A stretch of 64,000 nucleotides of DNA from Candidatus Aenigmatarchaeota archaeon (GCA_016177025.1 JACOWB010000007.1:7751-71750); one strand, 5' to 3'. Counted from the first letter of the stretch, positions 36,039-46,866 are shown. The notes: a model not told the origin generated them from the letters alone. Program-made: numbers and translations.

Positions 36039-36980
36039 ATGAAAAAAGTTGGAGTGATTGGAGTCGGCAGGTGGGGAATTAATCACGTAAGAACTTATAA
36101 AGAATTATATCCAGAACATGCAGAATTAGTCGGAATTTCTGATGTAGATAGCGGGAAAAAAAATATAGCAGACCAGCACAATGTCAAATTTTTCAATGAT
36201 TATAAAGAATTAACAAAAAATGTAGATTTTGTGAGTATAGTGGTCCCGACAGACATGCATTACAAGGTTGTCAAAGACTGTTTATTGGATGGTACCAATG
36301 TTTTAGTGGAAAAACCTTTCGTTTCAGATCCTAGGGAAGCAGAAGAGCTAATTCAATTAGCTAAAGACAAGAATTTGGTTCTCTATGTCGGATATCTGTT
36401 CAGGTTCAATCCGGTTACAATAGAACTCAAAAAAATCCTGCCCGAATTGGGAGAATTGAGGGCAATAAGCGGCAGGTATATTCAGCCAAACCAACCACGC
36501 CATGACTCTGGTGTTGTATTGAATTTATCCGTGCATCTAATAGACATTTTAAATTTCATTTTACCAAAGAAACCTTCTACGGTTTTATGTAAAAAAACAA
36601 ATGTGTTCAGCACTAGCTTAGAAGATGCAGCAACTATTACACTTGGATACGGCAATTTTCATGCTACATTAGAATTAAGCTGTTTACATCCTGAGAAAAA
36701 AAGGGACATGTTTATTCTGGGCACAAATGGGGCAGTTTACGCAGACTTTAAAGAGCAGACTCTAATAAAATACAAAAAGCCCGATAACCTTGAAGACGAA
36801 TGGTCAGCTGAAACAGTAAAACTAGATAAGAAAGAGCCTCTAAAAGAGGAAATTATAAATTTTCTAACTTCAACTGAAAACGAGGAAATTCGGAAACTTG
36901 GTGAAGAAGAAATCTATACAACACGTATATGTCAGCGTGCTTTAGAATCCGCAAACTTAGGGAGGGAGCTGGAAATATGA
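36039..36980 (+). CDS. Gfo/Idh/MocA oxidoreductase
   Basis: GVIGVGRWG, VLVEKP, RFNP, HLID. Confidence 0.9.
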   Translation: MKKVGVIGVGRWGINHVRTYKELYPEHAELVGISDVDSGKKNIADQHNVKFFNDYKELTKNVDFVSIVVPTDMHYKVVKDCLLDGTNVLVEKPFVSDPREAEELIQLAKDKNLVLYVGYLFRFNPVTIELKKILPELGELRAISGRYIQPNQPRHDSGVVLNLSVHLIDILNFILPKKPSTVLCKKTNVFSTSLEDAATITLGYGNFHATLELSCLHPEKKRDMFILGTNGAVYADFKEQTLIKYKKPDNLEDEWSAETVKLDKKEPLKEEIINFLTSTENEEIRKLGEEEIYTTRICQRALESANLGRELEI

Positions 36981-37612
36981 ATTCGATAATATACGATAAT
37001 GTCAAACTCGGGAAGAATGTGAGTATTGAAGATTTCACAATAATCGGGAAACCGCCGATAGATAAGAAAGACGGCGAGCTCGAAACTACGATAGGGGACG
37101 ATTCCATAATACGTTCGTTTAGCGTGATTTATGCTGGAAATAAAATTGGTGCACGATTCAAAACCGGTCATAAAGTAGTCATACGAGAAAACAACGAAAT
37201 AGGGAATGACGTTAGCGTAGGGATAAACAGCGAGATTGCCTTCAATGTTAAAATAGGGAATAATGTTAAGATACATTCAAGTGTGCACGTATTTGAAAAT
37301 ACAATTATCGAAGATGACTGTAGAATAAACCCCGGAGTATATTTCTTAAACTCAAAATACCCCTATTCACCCGGTGAAAAAGGAAGGTTGAAAGGGTCCA
37401 CGATCAAAAAAGGCGCGATAATAGCGGCAAGATCGATTATAATGCCCGGTGTTACCGTTGGAAATTATTCATTGGTCGGTGCCGGATCTTTGGTCACTAA
37501 AGATGTTCCACCATTCAAAGTAGTTATCGGCAGGCCGGCGAGAGTTATTAAGGATATACGCGAAATAAAATCTCAGGATGGAAAAGCAGTATATAATGTC
37601 CCCGGAGATTGA
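36977..37612 (+). CDS. Hexapeptide-repeat sugar N-acetyltransferase (start re-assigned to MNSII)
   Basis: Left-handed beta-helix repeats; VGAGSLVTKDVP..G.PA. Confidence 0.88.
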   Translation: MNSIIYDNVKLGKNVSIEDFTIIGKPPIDKKDGELETTIGDDSIIRSFSVIYAGNKIGARFKTGHKVVIRENNEIGNDVSVGINSEIAFNVKIGNNVKIHSSVHVFENTIIEDDCRINPGVYFLNSKYPYSPGEKGRLKGSTIKKGAIIAARSIIMPGVTVGNYSLVGAGSLVTKDVPPFKVVIGRPARVIKDIREIKSQDGKAVYNVPGD

Positions 37613-37613
37613 A

Positions 37614-38726
37614 ATGAAAGTACCATTAGTTGATTTGAAAGTGCAATATTCCTTATTAAAAGACGAAATAGACGGTGCCATACAAAGAGTTATCGATAAT
37701 ACAGAGTTCATAAAAGGAAACGACTTGAAAGAATTCGAAGAAGAATTCGCAAAATTTTGCGGCAAGAAATTTGCCATTGGATGCAGTTCTGGTACAACAG
37801 CGCTAGAATTGGCGTTTCGTGTTTCCGGGATAAGCCCCGGTGACGAGATAATCACTGTAGCAAATACGTTTACTGCGACAGCATCGACCATTGTTAATGT
37901 CGGCGCATCGCCAAAATTCATAGATGTCGATGAAGATACTTTCAATATGAGCATCGGTGATATCGAGAAAAACATCTCCCAGAAAACTAAAGCGATTGTG
38001 CCTGTTCATCTTTACGGACAACCTTCTGATATGGCTCCAATAATGGAAATCGCCGAAAAACACAACCTCACTGTCATAGAAGACTGCGCACAGGCTCATG
38101 GTGCAGAGTATGAGGGTAAGAGAATACCGGTGAGTAATATAGGATGTTTCAGTTTTTACCCATCCAAAAATTTGGGTGCCTTCGGTGATGCAGGATGTGT
38201 GGTAACTGACGATGAAATGAAAGCCTCTATGGCATCGATGCTTCTAGATGCTGGAAGGGTCAGAGGTAAAAAGTACGAACATGACCTAGTTGGATTTAAT
38301 TACAGAATGGACAACATACAGGCCGCTATTCTTAATGTAAAATTAAAATATCTTCAGGAATTCAACACAAAACGAAGAAAAAACGCAAAACTCTACAATG
38401 ATTTATTAAGCGAATTAAAAGGCAAAATTAATTTGCCGTTTGAAGCTGATTACTCGAAACACGTTTATTATGTTTATACAATAAAAGCAAACGATAGGGA
38501 TAAATTAGCTTTGTTTCTTGGGCAAAATGGAATAACAACCCAAATATACTACCCGATACCACTGCATCTCCAGAAAGCATATAGACAGCTTGGATATAAG
38601 GAAGGAGATTTTCCTGTTACGGAAAAACTCTCTAAAGAGGTTCTGAGTTTGCCGATGTACCCAGAGTTGACAGAAGAACAAATTAGGTTTGTAGTCGAAA
38701 AAATAAAATCATTTTTCTCGTCATAA
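37614..38726 (+). CDS. DegT/DnrJ/EryC1/StrS sugar aminotransferase (WbpE-like)
   Basis: SGTTAL, PVHLYGQ, EDCAQAHGA, FSFYPSKNLGAFGDAG, LSLPMYP. Confidence 0.95.
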   Translation: MKVPLVDLKVQYSLLKDEIDGAIQRVIDNTEFIKGNDLKEFEEEFAKFCGKKFAIGCSSGTTALELAFRVSGISPGDEIITVANTFTATASTIVNVGASPKFIDVDEDTFNMSIGDIEKNISQKTKAIVPVHLYGQPSDMAPIMEIAEKHNLTVIEDCAQAHGAEYEGKRIPVSNIGCFSFYPSKNLGAFGDAGCVVTDDEMKASMASMLLDAGRVRGKKYEHDLVGFNYRMDNIQAAILNVKLKYLQEFNTKRRKNAKLYNDLLSELKGKINLPFEADYSKHVYYVYTIKANDRDKLALFLGQNGITTQIYYPIPLHLQKAYRQLGYKEGDFPVTEKLSKEVLSLPMYPELTEEQIRFVVEKIKSFFSS

Positions 38727-38780
38727 TCGTTTTGTATATCTGCTTTTTAAATCTAGAGGGTATCAATAATTAGTGGTATT

Positions 38781-39686
38781 TTGTTTTCGATAAGTATAAT
38801 AGGTTCTGGTTATGTAGGTTCTTCGTTAGGCAAAGGTCTTCAAAAAGCAGGAAATAATGTCATTTTTCACGACATAAATAAAGACACCATTAAAAGGATA
38901 GTCGACGAAGGACATAACGCCACTTTGGATATTGGAAAAGCAATTAAAGAAACCGACATATCATTCTTGTGTGTGCCGACACCAACTAAAAACGGTAAAA
39001 TTGACCTCAGCTATATCCAATCGGCTACAGAATCCATAGGCAAAGAACTTGGAAACAAAACAACGTATCATCTTGTCGTCGTAAAGAGCACAGTCGTACC
39101 AACAACCACTGAAAAATTCATAAAATCGATTCTTGAGAAAACTTCTGGAAAAATATGCGGGCAGGATTTTGGACTATGCGTCAACCCAGAATTTCTGACG
39201 CAAGTAAACAAAACTACGGAAGACCCGGAACTGAAAGCATGGTACGACGCTAATCCAGGGGCAATAAAAACCTTCGAAGAAAAGGCTGTTATAGGCGAAT
39301 ATGATAAAAAATCCGGCGATATTTTAGAAGAGATATTCAAGCAATTAGACATCATGATTTTCAGAACAGATTTGAAGACTGCCGAACTGATAAAATATGC
39401 GCATAATCTCAACTTGGCCAATAGGATATCATATTGGAATGAAATATTTCTAATTTGTAATGAATTTGGAATAGATTCTAAGAAAGTCGCTGAAATAGTC
39501 AGTACAGACACAAGGATTGGGAAATACGGCACAGTCCATGGGAAAGCTTTTGGAGGAACCTGCCTTCCAAAGGACCTCGCCGCTTTCCTCAATTTCATCG
39601 AGGAACACAATATAGACACTAAAGTTCTGAAAGCTGTCCACGAAATTAACGAGCATATGTCCAAAAAACATGGTGTCAGGGAATAG
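38781..39686 (+). CDS. UDP-sugar 6-dehydrogenase, short form lacking the C-terminal domain
   Basis: GSGYVG, CVPTP, KSTVVP, NPEFL, AELIKY, FGGTCLPKD; ends at 301 aa; TTG start. Confidence 0.88.
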   Translation: MFSISIIGSGYVGSSLGKGLQKAGNNVIFHDINKDTIKRIVDEGHNATLDIGKAIKETDISFLCVPTPTKNGKIDLSYIQSATESIGKELGNKTTYHLVVVKSTVVPTTTEKFIKSILEKTSGKICGQDFGLCVNPEFLTQVNKTTEDPELKAWYDANPGAIKTFEEKAVIGEYDKKSGDILEEIFKQLDIMIFRTDLKTAELIKYAHNLNLANRISYWNEIFLICNEFGIDSKKVAEIVSTDTRIGKYGTVHGKAFGGTCLPKDLAAFLNFIEEHNIDTKVLKAVHEINEHMSKKHGVRE

Positions 39687-39751
39687 AAGAGAAATATTCG
39701 TCAGCTTTAATAATTTAACGCTTAATATGTTTTGTTGAACAGGCGGTTAAT

Positions 39752-40846
39752 ATGAAAGGACTCGTTTTATCAGGCGGTAAAGGCACTAGACTCAGACCGA
39801 TAACGCACACGATCAATAAACACTTGATACCATTGGCAAACAAGCCCATGATACACTATCCTATAGAGACTTTGAGAAACGCTGGCATAACTGATATAGG
39901 AATCATAGTCGGCCATACTGAAGAGAAGATAAAGGAGATTAAAAATGCTATAGGAGACGGTTCCCAATTCGGGGTGAAGGTGACTTATATAGAGCAGGAT
40001 GTCCCAGGAGGACTGGCGCACGCTGTAAAGGTTGCTAAAGAGTTTTTAATGACAGACAACCCAGACAAGAAATTTATTTTGCACTTGGGCGATAACATTG
40101 TCAAAGGCGGCATTAAGAAATATGTTGAAAGTTTTGAAAACGGCGATATGGATTCCATAATTCTACTAAAAGACGTTCCCAATCCTTCAAGATTCGGAGT
40201 AGCTGAAATAAAAGACGGGAAAATTGTCAGACTTGTGGAAAAACCAACAGTGGCACCAAATAACTTTGCTTTGGTCGGGATATACATGTTTAACGACTCG
40301 ATTTTTGATCCTATAGAAAATCTGAAACCTTCATGGAGAAATGAATTGGAAATAACCGACGCTATACAGGGACTGATAGACAGTGGAAAGAAGGTTGTTC
40401 ATCATATAATTGATGTCGAATGGTGGAAAGATCCTGGCGACACCGAAGGCATATTGGAGGCCAACAGTCTTTTGCTTGATGATATTATCCCCTTCAATAA
40501 GGGTACCGTAGAGGAGGGTGCCGTCATAATAGGTAAAGTCGGCATTGATGAGGGAACAATTATAAAAAGCGGAAGTTCGGTTAAAGGACCTGCGCTAATC
40601 GGTAAGAATTGCGTAATAGGCAAAAATGCATATATCGGGCCGCATACGTCAATAGGAAACAATACAGTAATAGAAAATGCTGAAATCGAGTCTAGCGTAA
40701 TTATAGGCGATTCAAAAATTAGCTGTAAACAGCGGATTATAGACAGTTTGATAGGGCGTAATGTAACCATATCAGAAGCATCTGAAAACTTACCGAGAGG
40801 TGCCTCCCAGCTTGTTGTCGGAGAACATTCCGTTGTCAAAATTTAG
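39752..40846 (+). CDS. Glucose-1-phosphate thymidylyltransferase (long form)
   Basis: GGKGTRLRP, GLAHAV, LGDN, EKP, ELEITDA plus C-terminal beta-helix. Confidence 0.92.
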   Translation: MKGLVLSGGKGTRLRPITHTINKHLIPLANKPMIHYPIETLRNAGITDIGIIVGHTEEKIKEIKNAIGDGSQFGVKVTYIEQDVPGGLAHAVKVAKEFLMTDNPDKKFILHLGDNIVKGGIKKYVESFENGDMDSIILLKDVPNPSRFGVAEIKDGKIVRLVEKPTVAPNNFALVGIYMFNDSIFDPIENLKPSWRNELEITDAIQGLIDSGKKVVHHIIDVEWWKDPGDTEGILEANSLLLDDIIPFNKGTVEEGAVIIGKVGIDEGTIIKSGSSVKGPALIGKNCVIGKNAYIGPHTSIGNNTVIENAEIESSVIIGDSKISCKQRIIDSLIGRNVTISEASENLPRGASQLVVGEHSVVKI

Positions 40847-40887
40847 GCTATAGTCAAAGCTTTAAAATTTACTGTCAATGTTAAACT

Positions 40888-42057
40888 ATGGGAAAAATTA
40901 AAATCATGCATATAGCAAAGGGATTCCCGCCTGATATGGGAGGAATAGAAAGTTACACTTACGAATTAGCCAATGCCTTCAAAAACAAATATGATGTCCA
41001 CGTTTTAACCACCCACTCAAAACTTTCATCATCGAATGAAATCGACGGAATAAAAGTGACTCGAGTTAAAAAGATTTTTGATTTCTTACACGCTCCCATT
41101 AATCTGCCATTTTTTAATAAAATCAATCAAATAAACCCAGAAATAATACATTTTCATATACCAAACCCTTTAAGCGAATTGTATCTCTTATTTTACCTCA
41201 TGTTTAAAAAAAATCAAAAAGTTATCGCGACTTATCATGCAGACATACCTGATTACACGCCTTTACACAAGGCCATCATCTTTTTAAGACAATTCTATAT
41301 GCATTTTCTCATGAAATTTTTTGATGCCGTAATTGTTACCAGTGATGACTACATTTCTGAATCTAAAATTCTAGAAAAATTCAATGAAAGACTTAAAGTT
41401 ATACCAATTGGAGTCGATACGGATCTTAAGACATTCTCGGTAAATAAATTAAAAAAACAGTATAAAATTAAAAATGAAAAAATTGTTCTTTTTGTAGGGC
41501 GGTTATTCCCCTATAAAGGTATAGAATATCTGATTTCTGCGATCCCCATGATAATCAAGCATTACCCAGATGTAAGGTTTGCTATAGTCGGGGGTGGAGA
41601 AAAGGAAGCAGAGTTGAAAAAGCTGGCTGAGAATCTGAAAATAGACGACAAGGTTATCTTTACAGGCAAAGTCGATAACAAAACGAGAAACACATTTTAT
41701 AAGATCTGTGACGTATTCGTTTTACCCAGCATCAATCGTGGCGAGGCATTTGGCATATCTTTATTGGAGGCAATGAGCTTCGGCAAACCTCTGATAACGA
41801 CTAGAATAAAAGGCAGTGGAGTGAATTTTATAAATAAACATCCGACCACAGGCCTGGTAGTAGAGCCAGCTGACTCAAACCAACTAGCACTCGCAATAAC
41901 CAGATTGTTGACAAATGATGAACTTAGGGAAAGAATGGGCAGAAATTCCAAGAAAAGGTTCTTAAAGTTCTTTACAAAAGACATAATGCTTTCAACAACT
42001 GAAAAATTATATAAAACTGTATTAAACAAAGGTGTCTTAAATGAAAAAAATACTTAA
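40888..42057 (+). CDS. GT4 glycosyltransferase
   Basis: GGIE, FVGRL..YKG, EAFGISLLEAM. Confidence 0.92.
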   Translation: MGKIKIMHIAKGFPPDMGGIESYTYELANAFKNKYDVHVLTTHSKLSSSNEIDGIKVTRVKKIFDFLHAPINLPFFNKINQINPEIIHFHIPNPLSELYLLFYLMFKKNQKVIATYHADIPDYTPLHKAIIFLRQFYMHFLMKFFDAVIVTSDDYISESKILEKFNERLKVIPIGVDTDLKTFSVNKLKKQYKIKNEKIVLFVGRLFPYKGIEYLISAIPMIIKHYPDVRFAIVGGGEKEAELKKLAENLKIDDKVIFTGKVDNKTRNTFYKICDVFVLPSINRGEAFGISLLEAMSFGKPLITTRIKGSGVNFINKHPTTGLVVEPADSNQLALAITRLLTNDELRERMGRNSKKRFLKFFTKDIMLSTTEKLYKTVLNKGVLNEKNT

Positions 42058-42610
42058 TGCCGGCTGCGGAGAAAACACATACGGAACACATTTTGTTGAC
42101 AAATACCCGCTGAGGCCAGAAATAAAGAAATGCGATCTAGATTGTGAAAAATTGCCTTTTAAGGACAATTTCTTTGACGAGGTCGTCGGTATTAATGTCC
42201 TAGAGCATTTAACAAACATGGGGTTTGCATTAAAGGAATTGCACAGGGTTATGAAAAAAGGAGGCAAACTAATTCTACAGACAGATAATGCGAATTACTG
42301 GGGTTATGCAATAAGCAAGAGTCATTTAGGAGGGTATGAAGACAGGGATTATTTTAGAAGCAGCGGCGGCGACAAGCACTACGCACTTTTTACAACACAT
42401 CATTTGTGGAATCTCGCAAAAAAAGTAGGGTTTAAGAATATTAAAGTCGGGTATGTTAAAGAAAGCCCCGAAGGATCTTACGTGAGGAGCAATTTACGTT
42501 TTCAAAATATCAGGAAATTAGCTAAATTGATTGCATGGGCAGCCCTTTCCACAATCCCACCATTGTATAGAATGAAGTACGGGAGCTTGAAATTAGAATG
42601 CGTGAAATAA
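42041..42610 (+). CDS. Class I SAM-dependent methyltransferase
   Basis: LNAGCG, LPFKDNFFD, VLEHL, RVMKKGG. Confidence 0.85.
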   Translation: MKKILNAGCGENTYGTHFVDKYPLRPEIKKCDLDCEKLPFKDNFFDEVVGINVLEHLTNMGFALKELHRVMKKGGKLILQTDNANYWGYAISKSHLGGYEDRDYFRSSGGDKHYALFTTHHLWNLAKKVGFKNIKVGYVKESPEGSYVRSNLRFQNIRKLAKLIAWAALSTIPPLYRMKYGSLKLECVK

Positions 42611-42621
42611 GGATGATTTAA

Positions 42622-43155
42622 ATGAAAAATATTGAAATACACTCTTCTGCACAAGTCTCGGAAAATGCCGAAATAGGAGATGATACCAAAATCTGGAATA
42701 ATGCGCAGATTAGGGAGAACGCAAAAATTGGCAATAGCTGTGTAATAGGCAAAAATGTTTACATAGACCGAGGAGTAAGAGTAGGAAATAATGTTAAGAT
42801 ACAGAACAATGTTTCTATTTTTTACGGCGTTGAAATAGAAGACGGTGTTTTTGTTGGTCCCCATGTCTGCTTTACCAATGATAAATTACCTAGGTCTATA
42901 ACTCCTGATGGGTCATTGAAAAAATCTGGTGATTGGAAAATTTCGAAAACACTGGTAAAATACGGAGCTTCAATTGGAGCAAACTCTACGATACTGTCTA
43001 ACATAACGATTGGAAAATGGGCAATGGTTGGTGCTGGCGCGGTTGTCACCAAAAACGTGCCAGACTATGGCATTGTTGTCGGCAATCCAGCACACTTGAT
43101 AGGATATGCAAACGAAAAAGGCGAGAAGGTTAAGGAAGTTGAGAGGGGAACCTAA
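42622..43155 (+). CDS. WbpD/WlbB-like sugar N-acetyltransferase
   Basis: [39 protein letters not shown]. Confidence 0.9.
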   Translation: MKNIEIHSSAQVSENAEIGDDTKIWNNAQIRENAKIGNSCVIGKNVYIDRGVRVGNNVKIQNNVSIFYGVEIEDGVFVGPHVCFTNDKLPRSITPDGSLKKSGDWKISKTLVKYGASIGANSTILSNITIGKWAMVGAGAVVTKNVPDYGIVVGNPAHLIGYANEKGEKVKEVERGT

Positions 43156-43163
43156 GTCATTAT

Positions 43164-44180
43164 TTAATTAAATCTTATTACATTTCCCGTCTTGTAAGAT
43201 TCTATTGCCTTTAAAGCTATGTGCAATGCGCTCACACCATCTTCTACAGTAACTGGCATCTCAGAATTCGTTTTTACGGCATCTAAAAAAGATCTCAGTT
43301 CAATTCCTAACGGCTCTAATTTAATATCTTCTTGAACAACGCGTGTTTTCGGTTCGAACTTATTTAGAAACTCCTCGAAACTTTCCCATACCATATTTCT
43401 TGTGTCAAGAAAGTTTTCAATAATCTCGATTTTTTGAGATATTGTGTCCACCTTGCAGACATTCTTGGTTCCCACAATATTCATCTCCCTAATTTTAATT
43501 GGCGAAGTCCAGCTTACATTAATTTTTCCTATGACACCATTCTTAAACTTGATTACAATCGTAGCATTGTCTTCTAGTTCTTGCCGAGGTACAATTTTAT
43601 TAGTAGCTACAGCATACATTGTGTCAATTTTGGATCCAATTAGGTGATTCAACAAGTCAATGTCATGTATGGCCAAATCTACGATTATTCCACTGTCCCT
43701 TATTCTCGGTTGGTAAAAAGAGAGGCGATTAGTTTCGATAGAAATCACTTCACCGAACTCACCGTTTTCTAGCATGCTCTTCAAGTGCTTTATCACAGGA
43801 TTAAATCTTTCTATGTGCCCGACCATCAGCTTTAGGTTTTTAGCTCTTACGCCCTTTATAATTTCTTCCGCGTCTGTGATACCATCTGTTATAGGTTTCT
43901 CAACGAAAATATGCACTCCTTTAGCAATGGCACCCATTATTACTTGTTTGTGTTGCATAGTCGGTACAGCAATAGAAACACAATCAAGTTCTTCGTTTTC
44001 TAGCATGTCATTATAGTCGGCGTAAAATTTGCAATTGTATTTGTCTGCAAATTTTCGCTTACTTTCATCAACATCAGAAATTGCCACAAGTTCAGCGTCC
44101 GGAAAGGCTGCAAAATGTCTGACATGGTGCTGGCCCATGCTCCCCACACCTATTACTCCAACCTTTATTTTTTCCATCAT
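43164..44180 (-). CDS. Gfo/Idh/MocA oxidoreductase (WbpB-like UDP-GlcNAcA 3-dehydrogenase)
   Basis: GVIGVGSMGQHH, VEKPI, VGHIERFNP, DLAIHDID. Confidence 0.9.
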   Translation of the reverse strand: MMEKIKVGVIGVGSMGQHHVRHFAAFPDAELVAISDVDESKRKFADKYNCKFYADYNDMLENEELDCVSIAVPTMQHKQVIMGAIAKGVHIFVEKPITDGITDAEEIIKGVRAKNLKLMVGHIERFNPVIKHLKSMLENGEFGEVISIETNRLSFYQPRIRDSGIIVDLAIHDIDLLNHLIGSKIDTMYAVATNKIVPRQELEDNATIVIKFKNGVIGKINVSWTSPIKIREMNIVGTKNVCKVDTISQKIEIIENFLDTRNMVWESFEEFLNKFEPKTRVVQEDIKLEPLGIELRSFLDAVKTNSEMPVTVEDGVSALHIALKAIESYKTGNVIRFN

Positions 44181-44334
44181 ATTCAACTGCCTATACCCAT
44201 GCATCTAGTCTTTCTAACATGATTTGAAATGTAAAAGCATTTAAAGAAATGTGGTTCCTCTTCGAACGGCGAACAAATTACCTCTGGATCCTTTTTAAAT
44301 TTATCACTTTAGATAATGTAAGAGGGTTTTCGTA

Positions 44335-45459
44335 ATGATACAGACATGCTCACGATGCGTTTTTAATTCGAATGTGCCAGGAATATCCTTTGATTCAGAG
44401 GGGATATGCACTTATTGTAAAATACATGATCAGCTTGTGGTCGAATACCCTGCTGGCGAAGAAGGTTGGAAAAAACTTGAACAAATCGCCCAAAAAATAA
44501 AAGAAAATGGTAAAAACAAAAAATATGACTGTGTCGTCGGTGTTAGTGGCGGTTGCGATTCGTCGTATACTGTGTATATTGCCAAGAAACTTGGGTTACG
44601 TCCGTTAGCTGTGCATTTCGATAATACATGGAATTCGACTTTTGCAGTGGAAAACATCCATAATCTATTAAAAAAAATGGATGTGGATTTATACACCTAC
44701 GTGATTGATAACGAAGAGTTCAACGATATTTCCAGAGCATTTATAAATGCGGCTGTGCCAGAAATCGACGCCCCTACAGATGTAGCGCTTGCGACAGTTC
44801 TGTATATGGCTGCCGAGGAGCACGGTATAAAATATATATTGAATGGGCATTCGTTTAGGACAGAAGGCATGGGTCCGCCGGGGTGGTTTTATTTTGACGG
44901 TAAATATGTGGACAATGTTCATAAAAAGTTTGGCGAACGTCCAATGAAGACGTATCCCAATCTATGGTTATCAAAATGGCTCAAGTGGATCACAATCAAA
45001 CAAATAAAAACAATACGTCCCCTGTGGTACATAGACCATAATAAAGAAGAAACTAAGGAATTCCTTAAAAACGAGTTTGGCTGGAAGTGGTACGGCGGAC
45101 ACCATATGGAAAACAAGTTCACTTATTTCTGCCATAATTTCTGGTTGCCGAAAAAATTCAACATAGATTTACGTTATGTGGAACTTTCCGCCTTTATAAG
45201 AGCCGGACAAATTACCCGCGAGGACGCCCTTGAGAAACTACAAACTCCACCACCAATAAGCGATGATCTTATTAGCGAGGTTAAGAAGCGTCTTAAATTT
45301 ACGGACGAAAAGTTCGAAGAGATATTAAAAAGGCACAATAAATACCCAAAAGATTATGGCACTTACCATCCAACATTCAAGCGACTGAGGCCTTTCTTTT
45401 GGCTCTTATACAAGGCAAATTTGGTGCCAAAAACATTCTACATTAAATATACAAAATAA
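44335..45459 (+). CDS. N-acetyl-sugar amidotransferase (WbpG/WbuX-like, PP-loop)
   Basis: CSRC...CTYC, YDCVVGVSGGCDS, LRPLAVHFDN, YGGHH.E. Confidence 0.9.
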   Translation: MIQTCSRCVFNSNVPGISFDSEGICTYCKIHDQLVVEYPAGEEGWKKLEQIAQKIKENGKNKKYDCVVGVSGGCDSSYTVYIAKKLGLRPLAVHFDNTWNSTFAVENIHNLLKKMDVDLYTYVIDNEEFNDISRAFINAAVPEIDAPTDVALATVLYMAAEEHGIKYILNGHSFRTEGMGPPGWFYFDGKYVDNVHKKFGERPMKTYPNLWLSKWLKWITIKQIKTIRPLWYIDHNKEETKEFLKNEFGWKWYGGHHMENKFTYFCHNFWLPKKFNIDLRYVELSAFIRAGQITREDALEKLQTPPPISDDLISEVKKRLKFTDEKFEEILKRHNKYPKDYGTYHPTFKRLRPFFWLLYKANLVPKTFYIKYTK

Positions 45460-45470
45460 ACAGTGATGTT

Positions 45471-46091
45471 ATGAAAATCGTTATCATTAATTGCGGTGTG
45501 GGAAATGTAGGGTCAGTGAAGAACATGCTTAAGAAAATAGGGCACGAATCTGTAATTTCCGCAGAGATTTCAGATATAGAAAAAGCAGATAAATTAATTT
45601 TTCCAGGAATAGGCGCTTTTGATAGCGGGATGGAAAGGATTGAACAACTTGGTATATTGCCTGTTCTTGAAAAAAAAGTGATTGAAAATAAAACCCCCAT
45701 CTTGGGAATATGCTTGGGAATGCAGTTATTCGGCAAGAGTAGCGAAGAGGGAAAAAAATCTGGCTTGGGATTGGTAGACGCAAATACCATAAGGTTCAGG
45801 TTTGATGACACACAAACAAAGTTAAAAATTCCTCACATGGGGTGGAATACCACTAAGGCTGTTAAAAAGAACCCGTTATTTCTTGATTTGGAAGATGATG
45901 CTAGATTTTATTTTGTGCATTCGTATCATGTAGTTTGTAACAAAAAAGAAGATGTTATAGCAACAACTAACTACGGATCTGATTTTGTCTCCTCTCTCTG
46001 CAAGGAAAATATTTTTGGCGTACAATTTCATCCCGAAAAGAGCCATAAATACGGAATGAGACTTTTGAAAAATTTCGTGGAGGTTGTATAG
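45471..46091 (+). CDS. HisH-like glutaminase subunit of the glycan amidotransferase
   Basis: GNVGSV, GICLGMQ, FYFVHSY, QFHPEKS. Confidence 0.9.
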   Translation: MKIVIINCGVGNVGSVKNMLKKIGHESVISAEISDIEKADKLIFPGIGAFDSGMERIEQLGILPVLEKKVIENKTPILGICLGMQLFGKSSEEGKKSGLGLVDANTIRFRFDDTQTKLKIPHMGWNTTKAVKKNPLFLDLEDDARFYFVHSYHVVCNKKEDVIATTNYGSDFVSSLCKENIFGVQFHPEKSHKYGMRLLKNFVEVV

Positions 46092-46095
46092 ACAT

Positions 46096-46857
46096 ATGTT
46101 AGGCACAAGAGTGTTTCCTTGTTTGCTGCTCAGAAATTCTTCGCTAGTCAAAACAATAAAATTTGAAAATCCTCGATATATTGGCGACCCGATAAATACT
46201 GTCATCATTTATAATGAGAAGGAAGTGGATGAATTGGTTTTCCTTGACATAACAGCCACAACAGAAAATAGAAAACCAAACTTCCAAACCATCTCTGAAA
46301 TAGCCAGCGAATGTTTCATGCCTTTCGCTTACGGAGGAGGAATCAAAACTTTAGACGATATAAAGCAGACTATAAATTTGGGTGCTGAGAAAGCTGTTAT
46401 TAATACACAAGCGATTAAACGCCCACAATTCATAAAAGACGCCGCGAGCTTTTTTGGAAGCCAAAGCGTTATTGTAGCAATCGACATTAAGAAAAACCAT
46501 CTCGGAGAATATAGGGTATATTCTCACAGCGAAAAGAAACTTACTGGACTTGATCCTGTTGAATTCGCTGTTCAGATGGAGAATCTTGGGGCAGGCGAGA
46601 TTTTTTTGAATTCCGTTGACAGAGATGGGACCATGGAAGGTTATGATTTGGAACTGATAAAAAAAGTTTCTGAACCATTGAACATACCAATCGTTGCGTG
46701 CGGAGGAGCCGGCAATATAAAAGATATTGGTGCCGCGATTAAAGCTGGAGCGTCGGCTGTCGCAGCAGGTAGCATATTTATCTATCAGGGAAAAAACAGG
46801 TCCGTGTTAATTAATTTCCCAACCAAAGAAGAGCTGAAGGAAGTCTTAGAAACATAG
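46096..46857 (+). CDS. HisF-like (AglZ/WbuZ-type) TIM-barrel subunit
   Basis: PCLLL..LVKT.KF..PRYIGDPIN, VDELVFLDI, MPFAYGGGI, DRDGT..GYD. Confidence 0.9.
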   Translation: MLGTRVFPCLLLRNSSLVKTIKFENPRYIGDPINTVIIYNEKEVDELVFLDITATTENRKPNFQTISEIASECFMPFAYGGGIKTLDDIKQTINLGAEKAVINTQAIKRPQFIKDAASFFGSQSVIVAIDIKKNHLGEYRVYSHSEKKLTGLDPVEFAVQMENLGAGEIFLNSVDRDGTMEGYDLELIKKVSEPLNIPIVACGGAGNIKDIGAAIKAGASAVAAGSIFIYQGKNRSVLINFPTKEELKEVLET

Positions 46858-46866
46858 GTCATATAG

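Noticed and set aside
45471..46857. hisH/hisF as histidine biosynthesis genes, together with the HisB-like gene
   Set aside because: They follow a sugar amidotransferase in a glycan cluster and show AglZ/WbuZ-type features; the HisB-like gene is about 30 kb away and degenerate.
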